Below are positions 1 to 10,463 of a stretch of 64,000 bases of DNA, in pieces (position 1 is the first letter of the stretch; each line of letters opens with the position of its first letter). The notes beneath the pieces are model-generated. The model had not been told where the DNA came from and did no database searches. It saw only the letters and a list, made by a program, of their open reading frames with translations. Position numbers and translations under genes: made by a program. Source of the stretch: a virus (Duplodnaviria; Caudoviricetes); the IMG/VR virus record IMGVR_UViG_2836755666_000018, positions 1 through 64,000 of that record; one strand, written 5' to 3'.

Positions 1-1359
1 CTATTCTTTTTGCGCGTGTTGCTGATTCCAGATTGAATCAACGGGCATTTCTACCCTCACATCTAGCCATGTTGAGGGTGGAATATCACACGGCTCACCA
101 TCGACATAATAAGTTGGTTTTCCATCAATAATTTCTTTAATCCGCCAGTTCTGAAAATCTTCTGGTAAATGCGAGTGTTGGCGATGAAATGTTTGAATCT
201 CGATGTTACCATTAGATAAAATTTTGTCTCTGACGTAGATAAGTTCTAAGCCATTAATATCTTTAGGTACTGAAACACCTCCATTCACACCCCATGCGCC
301 GTCTGAGTTATAGCCCAATACTCTGGAAATCAAATATTTTCCTGTATCGAGTCGTTGAACAATCGCACCTTCGGACTTATCATTTGTTTCAAAATGCCCA
401 TTAGGATAAATTTTAATAATCGGTGAGGCTTTTTTGATAAAACCATTACCATCAACCGTTGTGTTATTTTCACTCCATTGCTTTTTTAACTTAAAAGACT
501 GTTTATCCGCCAAATGGATAGCTGTCCATGTGTTCCCATAACCATCTAGAAAGAGAAAATAAAAACTATTCTTATCATACTGGAGTCTAATTCCTGAACC
601 CCATTTACCATCAAAGCGGTCATCATCATAACCAAGATTACTAAAAAAACCACAGCCTCCTGTTATCGATTCATTTCCTCTTTCATAAATAGTTGTACCG
701 CCTAATCCAAAATCACCCATCTGTATCAAGGTACCATCCTTATCCTGAAAGGTATGGGACACAACCTTATCCCCGTGCTTTGAATTTATTTTTCCCGCAT
801 TTAATTGCACATTACCGTTAATTTCACCGCCCGTTTTATCAAATTTTTTATCTAACTTTTCGCTTATTTCTACAACATCTTTAGCATCTGCTTTGCCTTT
901 TACTGTTTCCTTGATTTCATCGATAGCACTTGAGTCTGCTTTTCCTTCGACTAATTCTTGCAGTGCCTTGATTGACTCTAACTTAACCGTTTTGCCACTG
1001 GGTAGCGTAAGTTCAACGACACCGTTTTCCCCCATCCAGGTATCCATGTTTTGCAGAAAGTAGAGGATGTATGTGTTAGCAGCAACAAGTGCTCTTGCCG
1101 CATCAGAATTATTATTGGGTTCAGTGAGATTAATGCTGTAAGTGGTATCTGTTGCGCTAAAAGTCGGCTTATCTGCTAACGTTAATTCAGTATCACTGTT
1201 GACTGACAATATCATGTAAGGATAGTTAATATTACCATTTTTAATCAGCATTAACATGCCAGGTGATACCAACGGATTATTACTGTTCCATTTTGTGCCT
1301 GTGCCTTTGACAATAGAAGAGCCTGACACGACAGTTACGGTGCCATCTTTATAAATCAT
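1..1359 (-). CDS. Phage tail fibre protein
   Basis: N-terminal MIYKDGTVTV..GS..V.GTGT.W tail-fibre start; C-terminal NTTVDGNGFIKKASP...DIP..WLDVRVEMP domain; position after the tail tip genes; stop at 1-3. Confidence 0.8.
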   Translation of the reverse strand: MIYKDGTVTVVSGSSIVKGTGTKWNSNNPLVSPGMLMLIKNGNINYPYMILSVNSDTELTLADKPTFSATDTTYSINLTEPNNNSDAARALVAANTYILYFLQNMDTWMGENGVVELTLPSGKTVKLESIKALQELVEGKADSSAIDEIKETVKGKADAKDVVEISEKLDKKFDKTGGEINGNVQLNAGKINSKHGDKVVSHTFQDKDGTLIQMGDFGLGGTTIYERGNESITGGCGFFSNLGYDDDRFDGKWGSGIRLQYDKNSFYFLFLDGYGNTWTAIHLADKQSFKLKKQWSENNTTVDGNGFIKKASPIIKIYPNGHFETNDKSEGAIVQRLDTGKYLISRVLGYNSDGAWGVNGGVSVPKDINGLELIYVRDKILSNGNIEIQTFHRQHSHLPEDFQNWRIKEIIDGKPTYYVDGEPCDIPPSTWLDVRVEMPVDSIWNQQHAQKE

Positions 1360-1416
1360 GTTTTTTCCTGAAATTTTGATATAGAAAATCGCAATTAAAC
1401 GATCTCTATGAATTGG

Positions 1417-2058
1417 TTACTTCCATCTTGGATAAGCGTCAGGCGCATAAGCCATCACCGCACCAAAGTTATTATTGTACCCCCAACCTTTACAGCCAAA
1501 ACTAGGACCGGTCCATTCTGTGATTGCGATAATGCCATCTTTTGAAACACTATAACCATTAACGAATGCCAATGCTTGATTATCAGGCTCATAAACGGCA
1601 GTAATATAGACTAAAGTCATTTGACCGAAATAGCCTGGTTTTGGAAATGGGCCGAAAACGATATCATCTATTTTTAAGGGTAGATGACTGGACGAATAAA
1701 ATAATTCCTTTTTTTCGTTGTGAATTTTCAAAAAACCTTTGTCATTGCTGTCATTAGGTAGTTGGGGTCTATAAATATAAACATTTGTCGTATTGTGCGC
1801 GCGGATAGCAAATACATTTCCTTGCTTGATTGCCTCCGTATAGGTTGAATTTTCACCCTCCCTCCTCGCATTACGATGAAATACCAAATAGCTATTCAAA
1901 ATGTTTGGATGATTTACGCTATATCTTAAGTTTTTGAACCCTTGCACATTTTGATCTGGCGTACCTTCCCTGGAAAAATCGATTAATCTTTCCAAGACAT
2001 AAGTGACGGAAGTGAAAATCCCAAGTTCTGCACCATTTACTTTTATTACCGGTTTCAT
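1417..2058 (-). CDS. Hypothetical tail-associated protein
   Basis: 213-aa ORF between the tail tip and tail fibre genes, co-oriented; no motif recognised. Confidence 0.55.
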   Translation of the reverse strand: MKPVIKVNGAELGIFTSVTYVLERLIDFSREGTPDQNVQGFKNLRYSVNHPNILNSYLVFHRNARREGENSTYTEAIKQGNVFAIRAHNTTNVYIYRPQLPNDSNDKGFLKIHNEKKELFYSSSHLPLKIDDIVFGPFPKPGYFGQMTLVYITAVYEPDNQALAFVNGYSVSKDGIIAITEWTGPSFGCKGWGYNNNFGAVMAYAPDAYPRWK

Positions 2059-2067
2059 AAATTAACG

Positions 2068-2376
2068 TTAAATCAGTTTAAAAACATGAATGATAGGTAT
2101 CGTTGCACATCCAATACAAAAATTCGTATAATTCCAGCTAACGATATTTCCATATATATGGACGTTCTCAATTGCGGGATATTTATTACCGGTATGGGCA
2201 ATATCAATGCGAGGAACCGCAACTATTTTTCTGCCACCTTTAAGAAAACGCTGATCGAATTGAAAGCTGTTTTTTTTAAAATCAACTTCTTCTGAATGGA
2301 TAACAAAGCCGAATGATTGAAGAATATTATCTATTTCTCCGCCATCATGATAAATATTAAATTTGGGGATTAGCAT
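2068..2376 (-). CDS. Hypothetical tail-associated protein
   Basis: ORF directly after the tail tip gene; ATG at 2376 preferred over the track start. Confidence 0.5.
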   Translation of the reverse strand: MLIPKFNIYHDGGEIDNILQSFGFVIHSEEVDFKKNSFQFDQRFLKGGRKIVAVPRIDIAHTGNKYPAIENVHIYGNIVSWNYTNFCIGCATIPIIHVFKLI

Positions 2377-2380
2377 CTTA

Positions 2381-5086
2381 TCACTCCAACGCAATTTCTA
2401 TTCTAACCTGCCCCTTTTCGTCATAAAGACGTAATCCGGTGCCATCAAAGGTAAATCGACTATCTTTACTATTCGAGTTCATCTCAAAGCGATTGTTTTT
2501 AGCATCAAGGATGAATCCAGATTTTTCAGGTAGGTAGTTTTTGGATTGTATTTTGTCGATAACGACAACGCTATTGAGCCAAGCTTCATTAATGAACGCT
2601 TCATTAATAAAAACCTGTCCGTCTTGCAGATACATAAATAAATCCATTTTCCCGTTGCTAGGATTATAAAAAGCAAATTGTTGCGCATTAAACCCCATCA
2701 CAGTGGTTACTTTTTCGTTTTTTAATTCCGCACCTATCACCATTCCTGCATCGTAAGAAACGCCATCATAAACAATCTTAACCAAGTTAGTGAAAGTTGC
2801 AGAAGCCTCGCCTTTTTTCATGTCATACTTAGCTTGTAGCGAATTCTGAGCGGCTGCCCATGACTTATCCGCTGTCGCTCTGACTTGATGGATAGACTCG
2901 GCTAAGGCTTTAGTCTCGGTTACCACATAATTGTCAACCCTGACGATTTTCGCCTTCATCTTGCCGTTTTGACGCATGAAGTACTGCGTATTGCCGTTGA
3001 GTCCCTTCGCGTTTTCCAGTATGGCCTCTGTGCTGCTATCTATTCCTTTCTTTAGCTGTTTAATGGCTTCCGTATCGTTAATTTTTTTGTCTATTTCATC
3101 AAGAATATCGCTCGCTACGCTATTTGGAAAACCTGATGCTTCAACAAACGCCGATTTACCGTAACTGTTTATCGTGCGAATATAGAAAAAATATTCATGA
3201 CCAACTTTAAGATTTTCCTGTGTCCAACGTTGGCCCTGGCCGATTTTCTTTGCATTCGTGATAACTTCATTCTCAGACTTATCTTTCAGTTTTTTGTCGC
3301 TAAACCAGAATTCAAAGTTACTGCCATAGGCCGCTGAATCGGCAATTGTCGGCACGACCGTTAATGAAGACATACCCGGAGTAACAGACACGCTAACAGG
3401 GGAGGGCGGCGCTTCAATCGCAAAATCAAGAATAGTAGGCTGAGAAATTGCGCCAGCCGCGTCAACTGATCTGACTTCAGCACGGTAAGTGCCTCTCGGT
3501 AGCCCTGCAATATCAACCCGCTCTCCTGGAACCTGAATTGTCTGTATGACCTGACCATTTTCAATAACATTAACGGTGTTATACCGAACATCTGCTGCGG
3601 TGTTTTCCCAGCTCAAATAACCCTGTACAACATCGCCAATCGTCGTTGGCACAAAAGCCAGATTTATAGGTGGGGCGACTCCCCCTATGGGTAATTCAGT
3701 AAACGGCGGGGCTTTAGAAGGTTTACCGATAATATCTTCGTAAATATAAGCACCGTCTTCCTCTAACAGAATTTCTACGCCCTCTTGCGGGTGAAATTTC
3801 CACTCTGCTATACGAAATTCAGCATCCTTAATACCAAGACTGGGTAAGTTAAGCAAAACAACATCACCAGGCCGATAAGCATAACCATCCAGATTCATGG
3901 TAAGCTGAACCCTGCGACCCGCGCGCTTTTTGCGTAAATAAAGATTGGCTAAACGCTGTGCCTGATAAGGACTGGTGACAAAGCGATAATCGATATTTTC
4001 TTTAATTTCCAGCCCGTCTTCATCAACCCACTCCTGTACAATCACCGGCGGGAAATCTGTTTTGATATATTGTTGCTCAGCATCAATAAACGTACCGTAT
4101 ATCGCATTAGTCGCTTCGCGCAGGGACAATTCAGGGGTAATATTGACGGTATCAATGATTTGGTTGGCTTCAATACGCAAAGTAGCCGGTCCGTTATAAG
4201 ACTGCATTAAAATGCCGTGCTTACCCGCGATATAAGTGGGTTCTGCCGCAATGCATTTGTGCATATTATCTAGCACTGAGGCGGGTGACTCGGATAAATC
4301 ATAAGCACCGTTCAGGGTATAGCGGGGTTCAGTACCATCCGCCGTTTTAGTCGACTCATCACACAAGTCAGCCGCTACTTTAAACGCCGAAAAATCAATA
4401 TCGGTATCCGGTACCTTTAAGTAACGACGATAGTAATCAAGAATAACCAGTGCCCCATTATTGCTCCATGTCGTTTTATGGGTTCTTGGATCAAAAATCT
4501 CTTTGCCCCAAATTTCAACTTTTATATTAGGGATACCTTGTGGGTACTTCTCATCATCATGGTAAAGGGTAAATCTTAACCATGCCAGCCCCCTGCCAAT
4601 CATATCCTTTTTCCAGCTAGGAGCCTCTCTGAGTAAATAAGGATCGGCATCTTTCCTGTCGTTATGCAGTTCGTACTCAGCCGCTTTACCAAAAGAATCT
4701 ATCAGATCATCATTAAACCAGATGCGACCAACACGACTGATTTTATGTCCGGCCAGTGCAATGGCCATATAGAGTATGTAATTTATTCCGCCTATAACTG
4801 GAATTTTAACTTTTTTAGTTTCAGCAAAAAAGAGTAATCCTGAACAGACTGTTTTACCCATGATGACGACTTCTGATGCGGACGCCGAACGTAATATTTG
4901 CTTACGTTCGGCTTGATCGCGCGCAGGATCAGGCGGCTTTTGTTGGAACAACAATGATCCCGCCGTTTGAACGGCAAGACCCGCCGCAATTAACCCCAAC
5001 CCCAATCCACCGGTAGCAATTACGCCCGCTATCATTAATCCGGCACCAATAATACCGGTAATCGAGTTTCCAATGCTGCCTGGCAT
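2381..5086 (-). CDS. Tail tip / host-specificity protein (gpJ-like, with fibronectin-III-like and DUF1983-like C-terminal regions)
   Basis: About 900 aa; Tip-attachment-like core (NNGALVILDY, EATNAIYGTF, AQRLA) and J-type C-terminus (GQVFINEAFI..IQSKNY..GF.LD). Confidence 0.8.
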   Translation of the reverse strand: MPGSIGNSITGIIGAGLMIAGVIATGGLGLGLIAAGLAVQTAGSLLFQQKPPDPARDQAERKQILRSASASEVVIMGKTVCSGLLFFAETKKVKIPVIGGINYILYMAIALAGHKISRVGRIWFNDDLIDSFGKAAEYELHNDRKDADPYLLREAPSWKKDMIGRGLAWLRFTLYHDDEKYPQGIPNIKVEIWGKEIFDPRTHKTTWSNNGALVILDYYRRYLKVPDTDIDFSAFKVAADLCDESTKTADGTEPRYTLNGAYDLSESPASVLDNMHKCIAAEPTYIAGKHGILMQSYNGPATLRIEANQIIDTVNITPELSLREATNAIYGTFIDAEQQYIKTDFPPVIVQEWVDEDGLEIKENIDYRFVTSPYQAQRLANLYLRKKRAGRRVQLTMNLDGYAYRPGDVVLLNLPSLGIKDAEFRIAEWKFHPQEGVEILLEEDGAYIYEDIIGKPSKAPPFTELPIGGVAPPINLAFVPTTIGDVVQGYLSWENTAADVRYNTVNVIENGQVIQTIQVPGERVDIAGLPRGTYRAEVRSVDAAGAISQPTILDFAIEAPPSPVSVSVTPGMSSLTVVPTIADSAAYGSNFEFWFSDKKLKDKSENEVITNAKKIGQGQRWTQENLKVGHEYFFYIRTINSYGKSAFVEASGFPNSVASDILDEIDKKINDTEAIKQLKKGIDSSTEAILENAKGLNGNTQYFMRQNGKMKAKIVRVDNYVVTETKALAESIHQVRATADKSWAAAQNSLQAKYDMKKGEASATFTNLVKIVYDGVSYDAGMVIGAELKNEKVTTVMGFNAQQFAFYNPSNGKMDLFMYLQDGQVFINEAFINEAWLNSVVVIDKIQSKNYLPEKSGFILDAKNNRFEMNSNSKDSRFTFDGTGLRLYDEKGQVRIEIALE

Positions 5087-5484
5087 TACGTCACCCTCCA
5101 TGCCATCACGATTTTTTTATCAACCGGTCTTGCGCCATGGTCAGTAACTGCCCAGATTTTACCCGCCCAAATGACTCCCATGGTCAACCCCTCATCACCA
5201 TCAAACATCACAATGTCCCCCCGTCCTGCTTCCCCATCCTGGAGCACATTGAAAAACAGCCCCCAGAAATACTGAAGTGTGCCAAATTCATTTTTCAATA
5301 GCCGAAATGCACTCGCTTTGCTGTTATAACGCCCCCGAACGGATGAACACGGATCAAAGTCACAAATAGCTATTACGCAGTCAGCCGTAAATAAACAGCA
5401 GTCATGCTCACCCCATGAAAAAGGGCGACTCATCGCCGCCCTTAAAGTTTGGGGTAATCTGGTTACCCAATTTTTATGTCGCAT
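5086..5484 (-). CDS. NlpC/P60-like tail assembly protein (DUF6950-like)
   Basis: PFSWGEHDCCLF and GDIV motifs; lambda gpK-equivalent position. Confidence 0.75.
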   Translation of the reverse strand: MRHKNWVTRLPQTLRAAMSRPFSWGEHDCCLFTADCVIAICDFDPCSSVRGRYNSKASAFRLLKNEFGTLQYFWGLFFNVLQDGEAGRGDIVMFDGDEGLTMGVIWAGKIWAVTDHGARPVDKKIVMAWRVT

Positions 5485-5502
5485 TTTGATATCAATTAAA
5501 AT

Positions 5503-6039
5503 TTAGAACCGGAAACCTGCACCAAGCATCCAGGTGCCGACTTTAAAATCACCGAATCTGGTGTATTCATAAGAGGCATCAATGGCAATATTTTCCACTG
5601 GATTAAATTGCAAACCAACACCACCAACTAATCTGCTTTCAGAACCACTTTCGCTATCATTAAATGTTTTTACTTTCGCTTTACCATGTGCAATACCAAT
5701 TAAGCCATACGCACTCATATATTCATTAAAACGATAAGCGGGCCCGACACTGAGTGAGTAGTAATCGATATCGACGGTTGAATAATCAGAAAAATAATAA
5801 CCTTTATGCGTATAAGCAAATGAACCCATCACACCCCAGTTATCATTGAACTCATGACGGGCTTTAATATTGAAACCTTTTGCACTATCATTAAGGTCAA
5901 AATTTACATCACCAACACTGACCTTAATGTTACTTTGCGCATAACCCATTGATAGGGTATTATTTCCTTCCGCATTAGCGCTAAATGCGATAAATGTAAG
6001 AATAGAAGCTATCGATGATATCAATAATATTTTTTTCAT
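5503..6039 (-). CDS. Ail/Lom/OmpX-family outer-membrane beta-barrel (moron)
   Basis: Signal peptide; GFNIKARHE, GVMGSFAY, YYSLSVGPAYRFNEY, GLQFNP and terminal GTWMLGAGFRF motifs; AT-rich upstream spacer. Confidence 0.92.
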   Translation of the reverse strand: MKKILLISSIASILTFIAFSANAEGNNTLSMGYAQSNIKVSVGDVNFDLNDSAKGFNIKARHEFNDNWGVMGSFAYTHKGYYFSDYSTVDIDYYSLSVGPAYRFNEYMSAYGLIGIAHGKAKVKTFNDSESGSESRLVGGVGLQFNPVENIAIDASYEYTRFGDFKVGTWMLGAGFRF

Positions 6040-6173
6040 TTTTTTCCTGCTATTACTAAAAATAAATGATTAAAACAAAGCAACATAATTTGCATTGCGT
6101 ATCGCAAATTATCATATAAGTTTATTCGTATTACATTTAAAATCTATTTCAAAATAGATATATTTGAAATTAT

Positions 6174-6755
6174 TTACTTATAAACAAACCCCGGTGAATC
6201 CTTTTTACCACCCCAATAAATCGCCCGCTCAGCCATTTGCGCCACATATCTGAAGATACGGTCGTCACTTTTCCGTTTGCGCCATGACTCATCCGTGAAT
6301 CTGTCCGGTAGCCCCATCGACCAACGTTCAAAACGATTGGATACGGTCACCGCTACTGCATTTTCTTCACCGCTCGAAACGCCAATATGCGAAATCTGTC
6401 CGGCAAAAATCACCTCAGCAATCGCAGGCTTTCCTTCCAGATTGATGGCAATCAACATTAAACGAACATTTCTGCCGCGACTGCGTTCATTCATCACATC
6501 ACCGACCAGCATCGAGTCAAAGCCAGAAAGGGATAATATTAATTGCTGTGGACTGGTTGTATTTTCCTCTTTTACATTTTCAACTGCACCGAATTTTCCA
6601 ACACCCTCGTAAACTTCACCCGCAATAATGATATTGCCAACACCGGTATGATTTCTAGCTACCCCTGACTTAAAATCTAATCTTGCAGCCATGACTAATT
6701 CATATCCGTCATTAATCGCTTTAACCATGTTGTTAGAAAAAGGATGGTATAACAT
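6174..6755 (-). CDS. Minor tail protein (hub/gpL-equivalent position)
   Basis: GEVYEGVGKFG..V.E and RFTDESW..R..DD.IF.YV motifs typical of siphovirus tail proteins; synteny. Confidence 0.65.
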   Translation of the reverse strand: MLYHPFSNNMVKAINDGYELVMAARLDFKSGVARNHTGVGNIIIAGEVYEGVGKFGAVENVKEENTTSPQQLILSLSGFDSMLVGDVMNERSRGRNVRLMLIAINLEGKPAIAEVIFAGQISHIGVSSGEENAVAVTVSNRFERWSMGLPDRFTDESWRKRKSDDRIFRYVAQMAERAIYWGGKKDSPGFVYK

Positions 6756-7354
6756 CAGTAAAGCGCCTCCTCAAACTCCAAAGTAACATGAGTAAACACG
6801 CCTGGACGATACTGAAAACTACCCTGATCATTAGTCGTCAGTTTAAAAATGCCAAACGGTGACAGGGTTTCTAATTTATCATTAACTTTTGGCGCATATC
6901 GCAGCATCGGTGAAATGGGAATTGACGCATTACCGTTAGTATCACTGAAGACATTATCCGTAACTATTTTCAGCTCATCGCCAATCGTTAAATAATCCCC
7001 TTTTCTGATGACAATTAAATTTTTTTTCCAGCCTCGGGTAAGCAATATCCTGCCGGTTTGGTTTGCGGTACGAATTGCTGGAACACCTCTTTCCACCAAT
7101 CCTTGTCGTATCCAGTGACTAATTTTAACCCGACCACTTTCGCCGTCAAGTTCAGCAGTCAATGCTTCAAGTTCACGCGACTTAGTCTCAGTCAGGTTAT
7201 TGAAAGTTAAGCTACACCGCCAGCGGCTACCGGGATATCTGACCGTTTGTGCGCTGCCGGTAAAAGTTGAAACAAAGGTTTTACTATTACTAACTAGTTG
7301 CCAATTCATTGATGAAGGCACAACCTCTTTTGGCCATTCAATAACCGATGCCAT
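6755..7354 (-). CDS. Distal tail / minor tail protein
   Basis: Directly after the tape measure gene; WP..P, FTGS.QT, GSRW, L.FEEA motifs. Confidence 0.65.
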   Translation of the reverse strand: MASVIEWPKEVVPSSMNWQLVSNSKTFVSTFTGSAQTVRYPGSRWRCSLTFNNLTETKSRELEALTAELDGESGRVKISHWIRQGLVERGVPAIRTANQTGRILLTRGWKKNLIVIRKGDYLTIGDELKIVTDNVFSDTNGNASIPISPMLRYAPKVNDKLETLSPFGIFKLTTNDQGSFQYRPGVFTHVTLEFEEALY

Positions 7355-7357
7355 CAG

Positions 7358-10243
7358 TTAACTCCCTAAAAGTTTCCGTATACGTCCATTAGTCGCAAAA
7401 TCTCGCTGAATGCGTGCGAGGGCATCATCTGCTCCCTGTTTTGCTGCGCGTTGGGTTATTTCTCCAATGACTTTATCGCCATTACCGGTCACATTGATAA
7501 CCTGATGAATATGGATAGTGCTTACATCTTGGGTCTCTGATGAGCCACCGACTGCTTTGACACCCAGCGAACCATCACGCCCTCGAGTTAACGGCATAAT
7601 GGCTTCAGGCCCCGCTTCACCCATTAACCCGATTCCTTTGGCAAATGGGAATAACGTCGGCGAATCCACAACACGATTACTATAGGCACTTAACCCTGAC
7701 GAACGATAAACACCGCCCAGTGCATTGGCTCTTATGCCAAGAAAACTGCCAAGACCAGAACCACCCAAACTTGACTCCAACGCTTTAAATATCATCATTT
7801 TAACAATCATGCGCGTTATATCATTGACCACCGATTGCGCAAAATCAGAAAAATTAAATTTACCTGTGGTCACAAAGTCTGCCAGGGTATTTGACATACC
7901 ATCGAAAGCGTTTTTAGTGATATTACGCATGTTATCAAACACGTTTTCTGTTTCCGCACCGAAATCCTGCCAGCCTTTGGCTACGCCTTTCCCCCCATCT
8001 TGCGCCACCTTCGCCTTACTTAATGCAGCAGCTCTCACTATCTCAATCTGTTTTTGTTCTTCTTGCGCTAAAAACTGCGTCCGTTCTGCATAAAGTTGTG
8101 AGGTCTTATCTGAAACTTCCTTATCAAGCTGATATCGCCGATTACGAAAGTCATCCCTGACGCGTTGTTCTTCAAGCATCAAGTCATAATCCACTTTGGG
8201 CATCGTCATTTGCAGAATCTGATTTTGGGCTTCCTGCTGCATTTGAGTCGTACGTTTTGTGATTTCAAAATCCTGATCTGCAAATCGTTGCCTTAATGCT
8301 TTTAACTGTAATTCACGCTCTAATCCGGCATTGATTTGCAACTGTGTACGAATTTCATCCGCATGCGCTAACACACTCTTCTGTGATGCATTCAGCGTTC
8401 GCCCTTTTAATCGAGTGATTTCTTGCTCAAAGGCTGCCAATTTCCGTTCTGAATCGAGGAGTTTTTCATTTTCCATTAACTGCGCTTGTAAGGTCGCTGT
8501 TTGTTGTTGCAGTTGCTCAATTCGCTGACGCCCCGCATCAAGGGTTTCCCCGGACGTTTTTTGCGGGGAGGCGTACAGTTTGTCGAGTCCTTTAAGCGCT
8601 TGGGTGTACTCATTTAATGTTAAACTGCCCTCTTTATAGCGTTGGTTGATTTCCTGCTGAATTCTGGCTCTTTCTTTCAGCGGATCTTTACCCGCATTAA
8701 TGGCCGCATTAATTTGTGCAGCGGTTTCGATGGTATGAATGGCGAACTGACTTTCAGTTTTAATTTGTGCTTTGCGTTCTTCCAGTTGCCTAGCATAAAT
8801 CGCATTTTCCTTGTCCTTTTCTTTTTGCAACACCTGATTATACAGTGTCAGACTTTGCGTTGATGCCGCCATTAACACGTTAAAACTACCGGTCAGATCA
8901 TCGAGTGATCTTTTATGCGCCTGCGTTAAGCGCTCGCTTTCTTTAGTATTTTCCTGATTCTGTTTTTCGTAGGCATTTCTTGCAAGCGCTTTGGCTTCTT
9001 CAATTTGTCCCCGTCTTTCCAAGGCAGCAATTTGCTCGTAAATCGATTGCGTTAATACCACACCCTCAGCCGCGTAATTTCGCAAGGCTTTTAACGGTTG
9101 GTCACCGATTGCCGATAGCTTGCTGACCAACATATCGACGCTACCGCCCGACTCCTCAAGTTGAGCCCCAAACTCCGCCACGTCTTCCAGTAGCTTACCG
9201 CTAAACCCTGCACTTGCGGCAGAAGTCACCGCTTTATAGGCTTCGGCTGTCCCGCCTAGTCGATCTGCTAACAGATTCAATTCAACCGTTGTTGTCGATA
9301 AAAATAATCCGCCTTTTTGAATGGCTGCATAAAAAGACTTCTGCCTTTCTTCCGCTTCCTTAAACTGCGAATACAAATAAAATACTGACCCTGCGGTTGC
9401 CATCAAGCCAACATTGAGCGGCCCACCCATGAGATTAATAAGGTTACTGAAAGCGCCCGTTATTCCTCCGGTTACGCGCTGCAAAGCGGACAACTCAGTA
9501 TTTGCAACGGCAAGCTGCTGCTTGGCTAAAGCTAATTGTCGCGTGCCCGCCGTTTCCGCTGCTTGCGCTGTCGTTAATTGCGCAGAAGCGGCGGCAGCTT
9601 TTTGATTTGCGCTGACTTCAGCCAGATTTGCTTCGGCGATCGTTCTGGCGTTTGCCGCATTTTGCGCCGCATATGCCTTTTCAATTTCAGCCGTATTCAG
9701 TCCATTTTGGGCGTTGACCGCGCGCATTTTTTCAAGGTATTCATCAGAGGCAAACGCCTGTTCACGCTGCGCGATGGCCTGTGCTTTCATTACTTGCGCG
9801 GTTTTTAATCCCTGCTGTGCTCTGGTGGCATCTGCTTTGGCCGCTTCAATGCTAGACTGTGCATAATCTACCGCACTTTGCGCGGCTTCTTTCGCCATCT
9901 GCCGTTGAGTATCGAAAGTCGTGCCATGCGTAGCACCAAACAATCGTTCAAAAGCGGGTACTAACGCATTTGAAATCGTACTGGCGGCAACATTGCTGCC
10001 AGAAACCAGCTCCGTTAACACATGATGCAAATTTCCAAAGCCAACTGCTGCCTGTCCACTGGATTTTCTTATCTGATTTGACATCCTTGTCACTGCACGT
10101 TCACTTTGACTTGAGCCAGATTCAATCTGCTGAGCAAATTTTTTAGATTCATTAGCCGCAGAACTATAAGCATCATGAATTTGCGATTTAAAACTAGCAG
10201 AATTCAAGTGTAACGCTACGGCCAGACTTGCGACATCAGCCAT
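7358..10243 (-). CDS. Tail tape measure protein (lambda-type)
   Basis: 961 aa, Ala/Gln-rich coiled coil; C-terminal ANALGGVY...PTLFPFAKG.GLMGEAGPEAIMPL.RG.DG.LGV motif. Confidence 0.92.
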   Translation of the reverse strand: MADVASLAVALHLNSASFKSQIHDAYSSAANESKKFAQQIESGSSQSERAVTRMSNQIRKSSGQAAVGFGNLHHVLTELVSGSNVAASTISNALVPAFERLFGATHGTTFDTQRQMAKEAAQSAVDYAQSSIEAAKADATRAQQGLKTAQVMKAQAIAQREQAFASDEYLEKMRAVNAQNGLNTAEIEKAYAAQNAANARTIAEANLAEVSANQKAAAASAQLTTAQAAETAGTRQLALAKQQLAVANTELSALQRVTGGITGAFSNLINLMGGPLNVGLMATAGSVFYLYSQFKEAEERQKSFYAAIQKGGLFLSTTTVELNLLADRLGGTAEAYKAVTSAASAGFSGKLLEDVAEFGAQLEESGGSVDMLVSKLSAIGDQPLKALRNYAAEGVVLTQSIYEQIAALERRGQIEEAKALARNAYEKQNQENTKESERLTQAHKRSLDDLTGSFNVLMAASTQSLTLYNQVLQKEKDKENAIYARQLEERKAQIKTESQFAIHTIETAAQINAAINAGKDPLKERARIQQEINQRYKEGSLTLNEYTQALKGLDKLYASPQKTSGETLDAGRQRIEQLQQQTATLQAQLMENEKLLDSERKLAAFEQEITRLKGRTLNASQKSVLAHADEIRTQLQINAGLERELQLKALRQRFADQDFEITKRTTQMQQEAQNQILQMTMPKVDYDLMLEEQRVRDDFRNRRYQLDKEVSDKTSQLYAERTQFLAQEEQKQIEIVRAAALSKAKVAQDGGKGVAKGWQDFGAETENVFDNMRNITKNAFDGMSNTLADFVTTGKFNFSDFAQSVVNDITRMIVKMMIFKALESSLGGSGLGSFLGIRANALGGVYRSSGLSAYSNRVVDSPTLFPFAKGIGLMGEAGPEAIMPLTRGRDGSLGVKAVGGSSETQDVSTIHIHQVINVTGNGDKVIGEITQRAAKQGADDALARIQRDFATNGRIRKLLGS

Positions 10244-10463
10244 TTAAAACCCTCATAACGTTATTACATTGTTGATTAACATCATTATGTGCAATGACTT
10301 CATTTTCCGTAATATCTGCGCCTTTGAGTTCACTTTCCAGCAGAAAAAACGCTTGCCAGTGCGTCAATATTTCGTTCGGTAAAGCGGCGATTTTACGCGG
10401 GTCAGGTTGACCCCATCTATCAGCCAGTTGGAAAATAAAGCGTAAGCGAGCGGAGTCGGTTAG
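10236..10463 (-). CDS. Tail assembly chaperone T portion (gpGT, reached by -1 frameshift)
   Basis: Open -1 frame LTDSARLRFIFQLADRWGQPDPRKIAALP...VLNG* starts at the slippery A AAA AAC (10469-10463); its stop overlaps the tape measure start. Confidence 0.75.
   Translation of the reverse strand, partial: LTDSARLRFIFQLADRWGQPDPRKIAALPNEILTHWQAFFLLESELKGADITENEVIAHNDVNQQCNNVMRVLNG

Noticed and set aside
1-2394. Tail-fibre diversification system (DGR or invertase shufflon)
   Set aside because: No reverse transcriptase, invertase or template/variable repeat pair is visible in this window; sequence left of position 1 is unseen.
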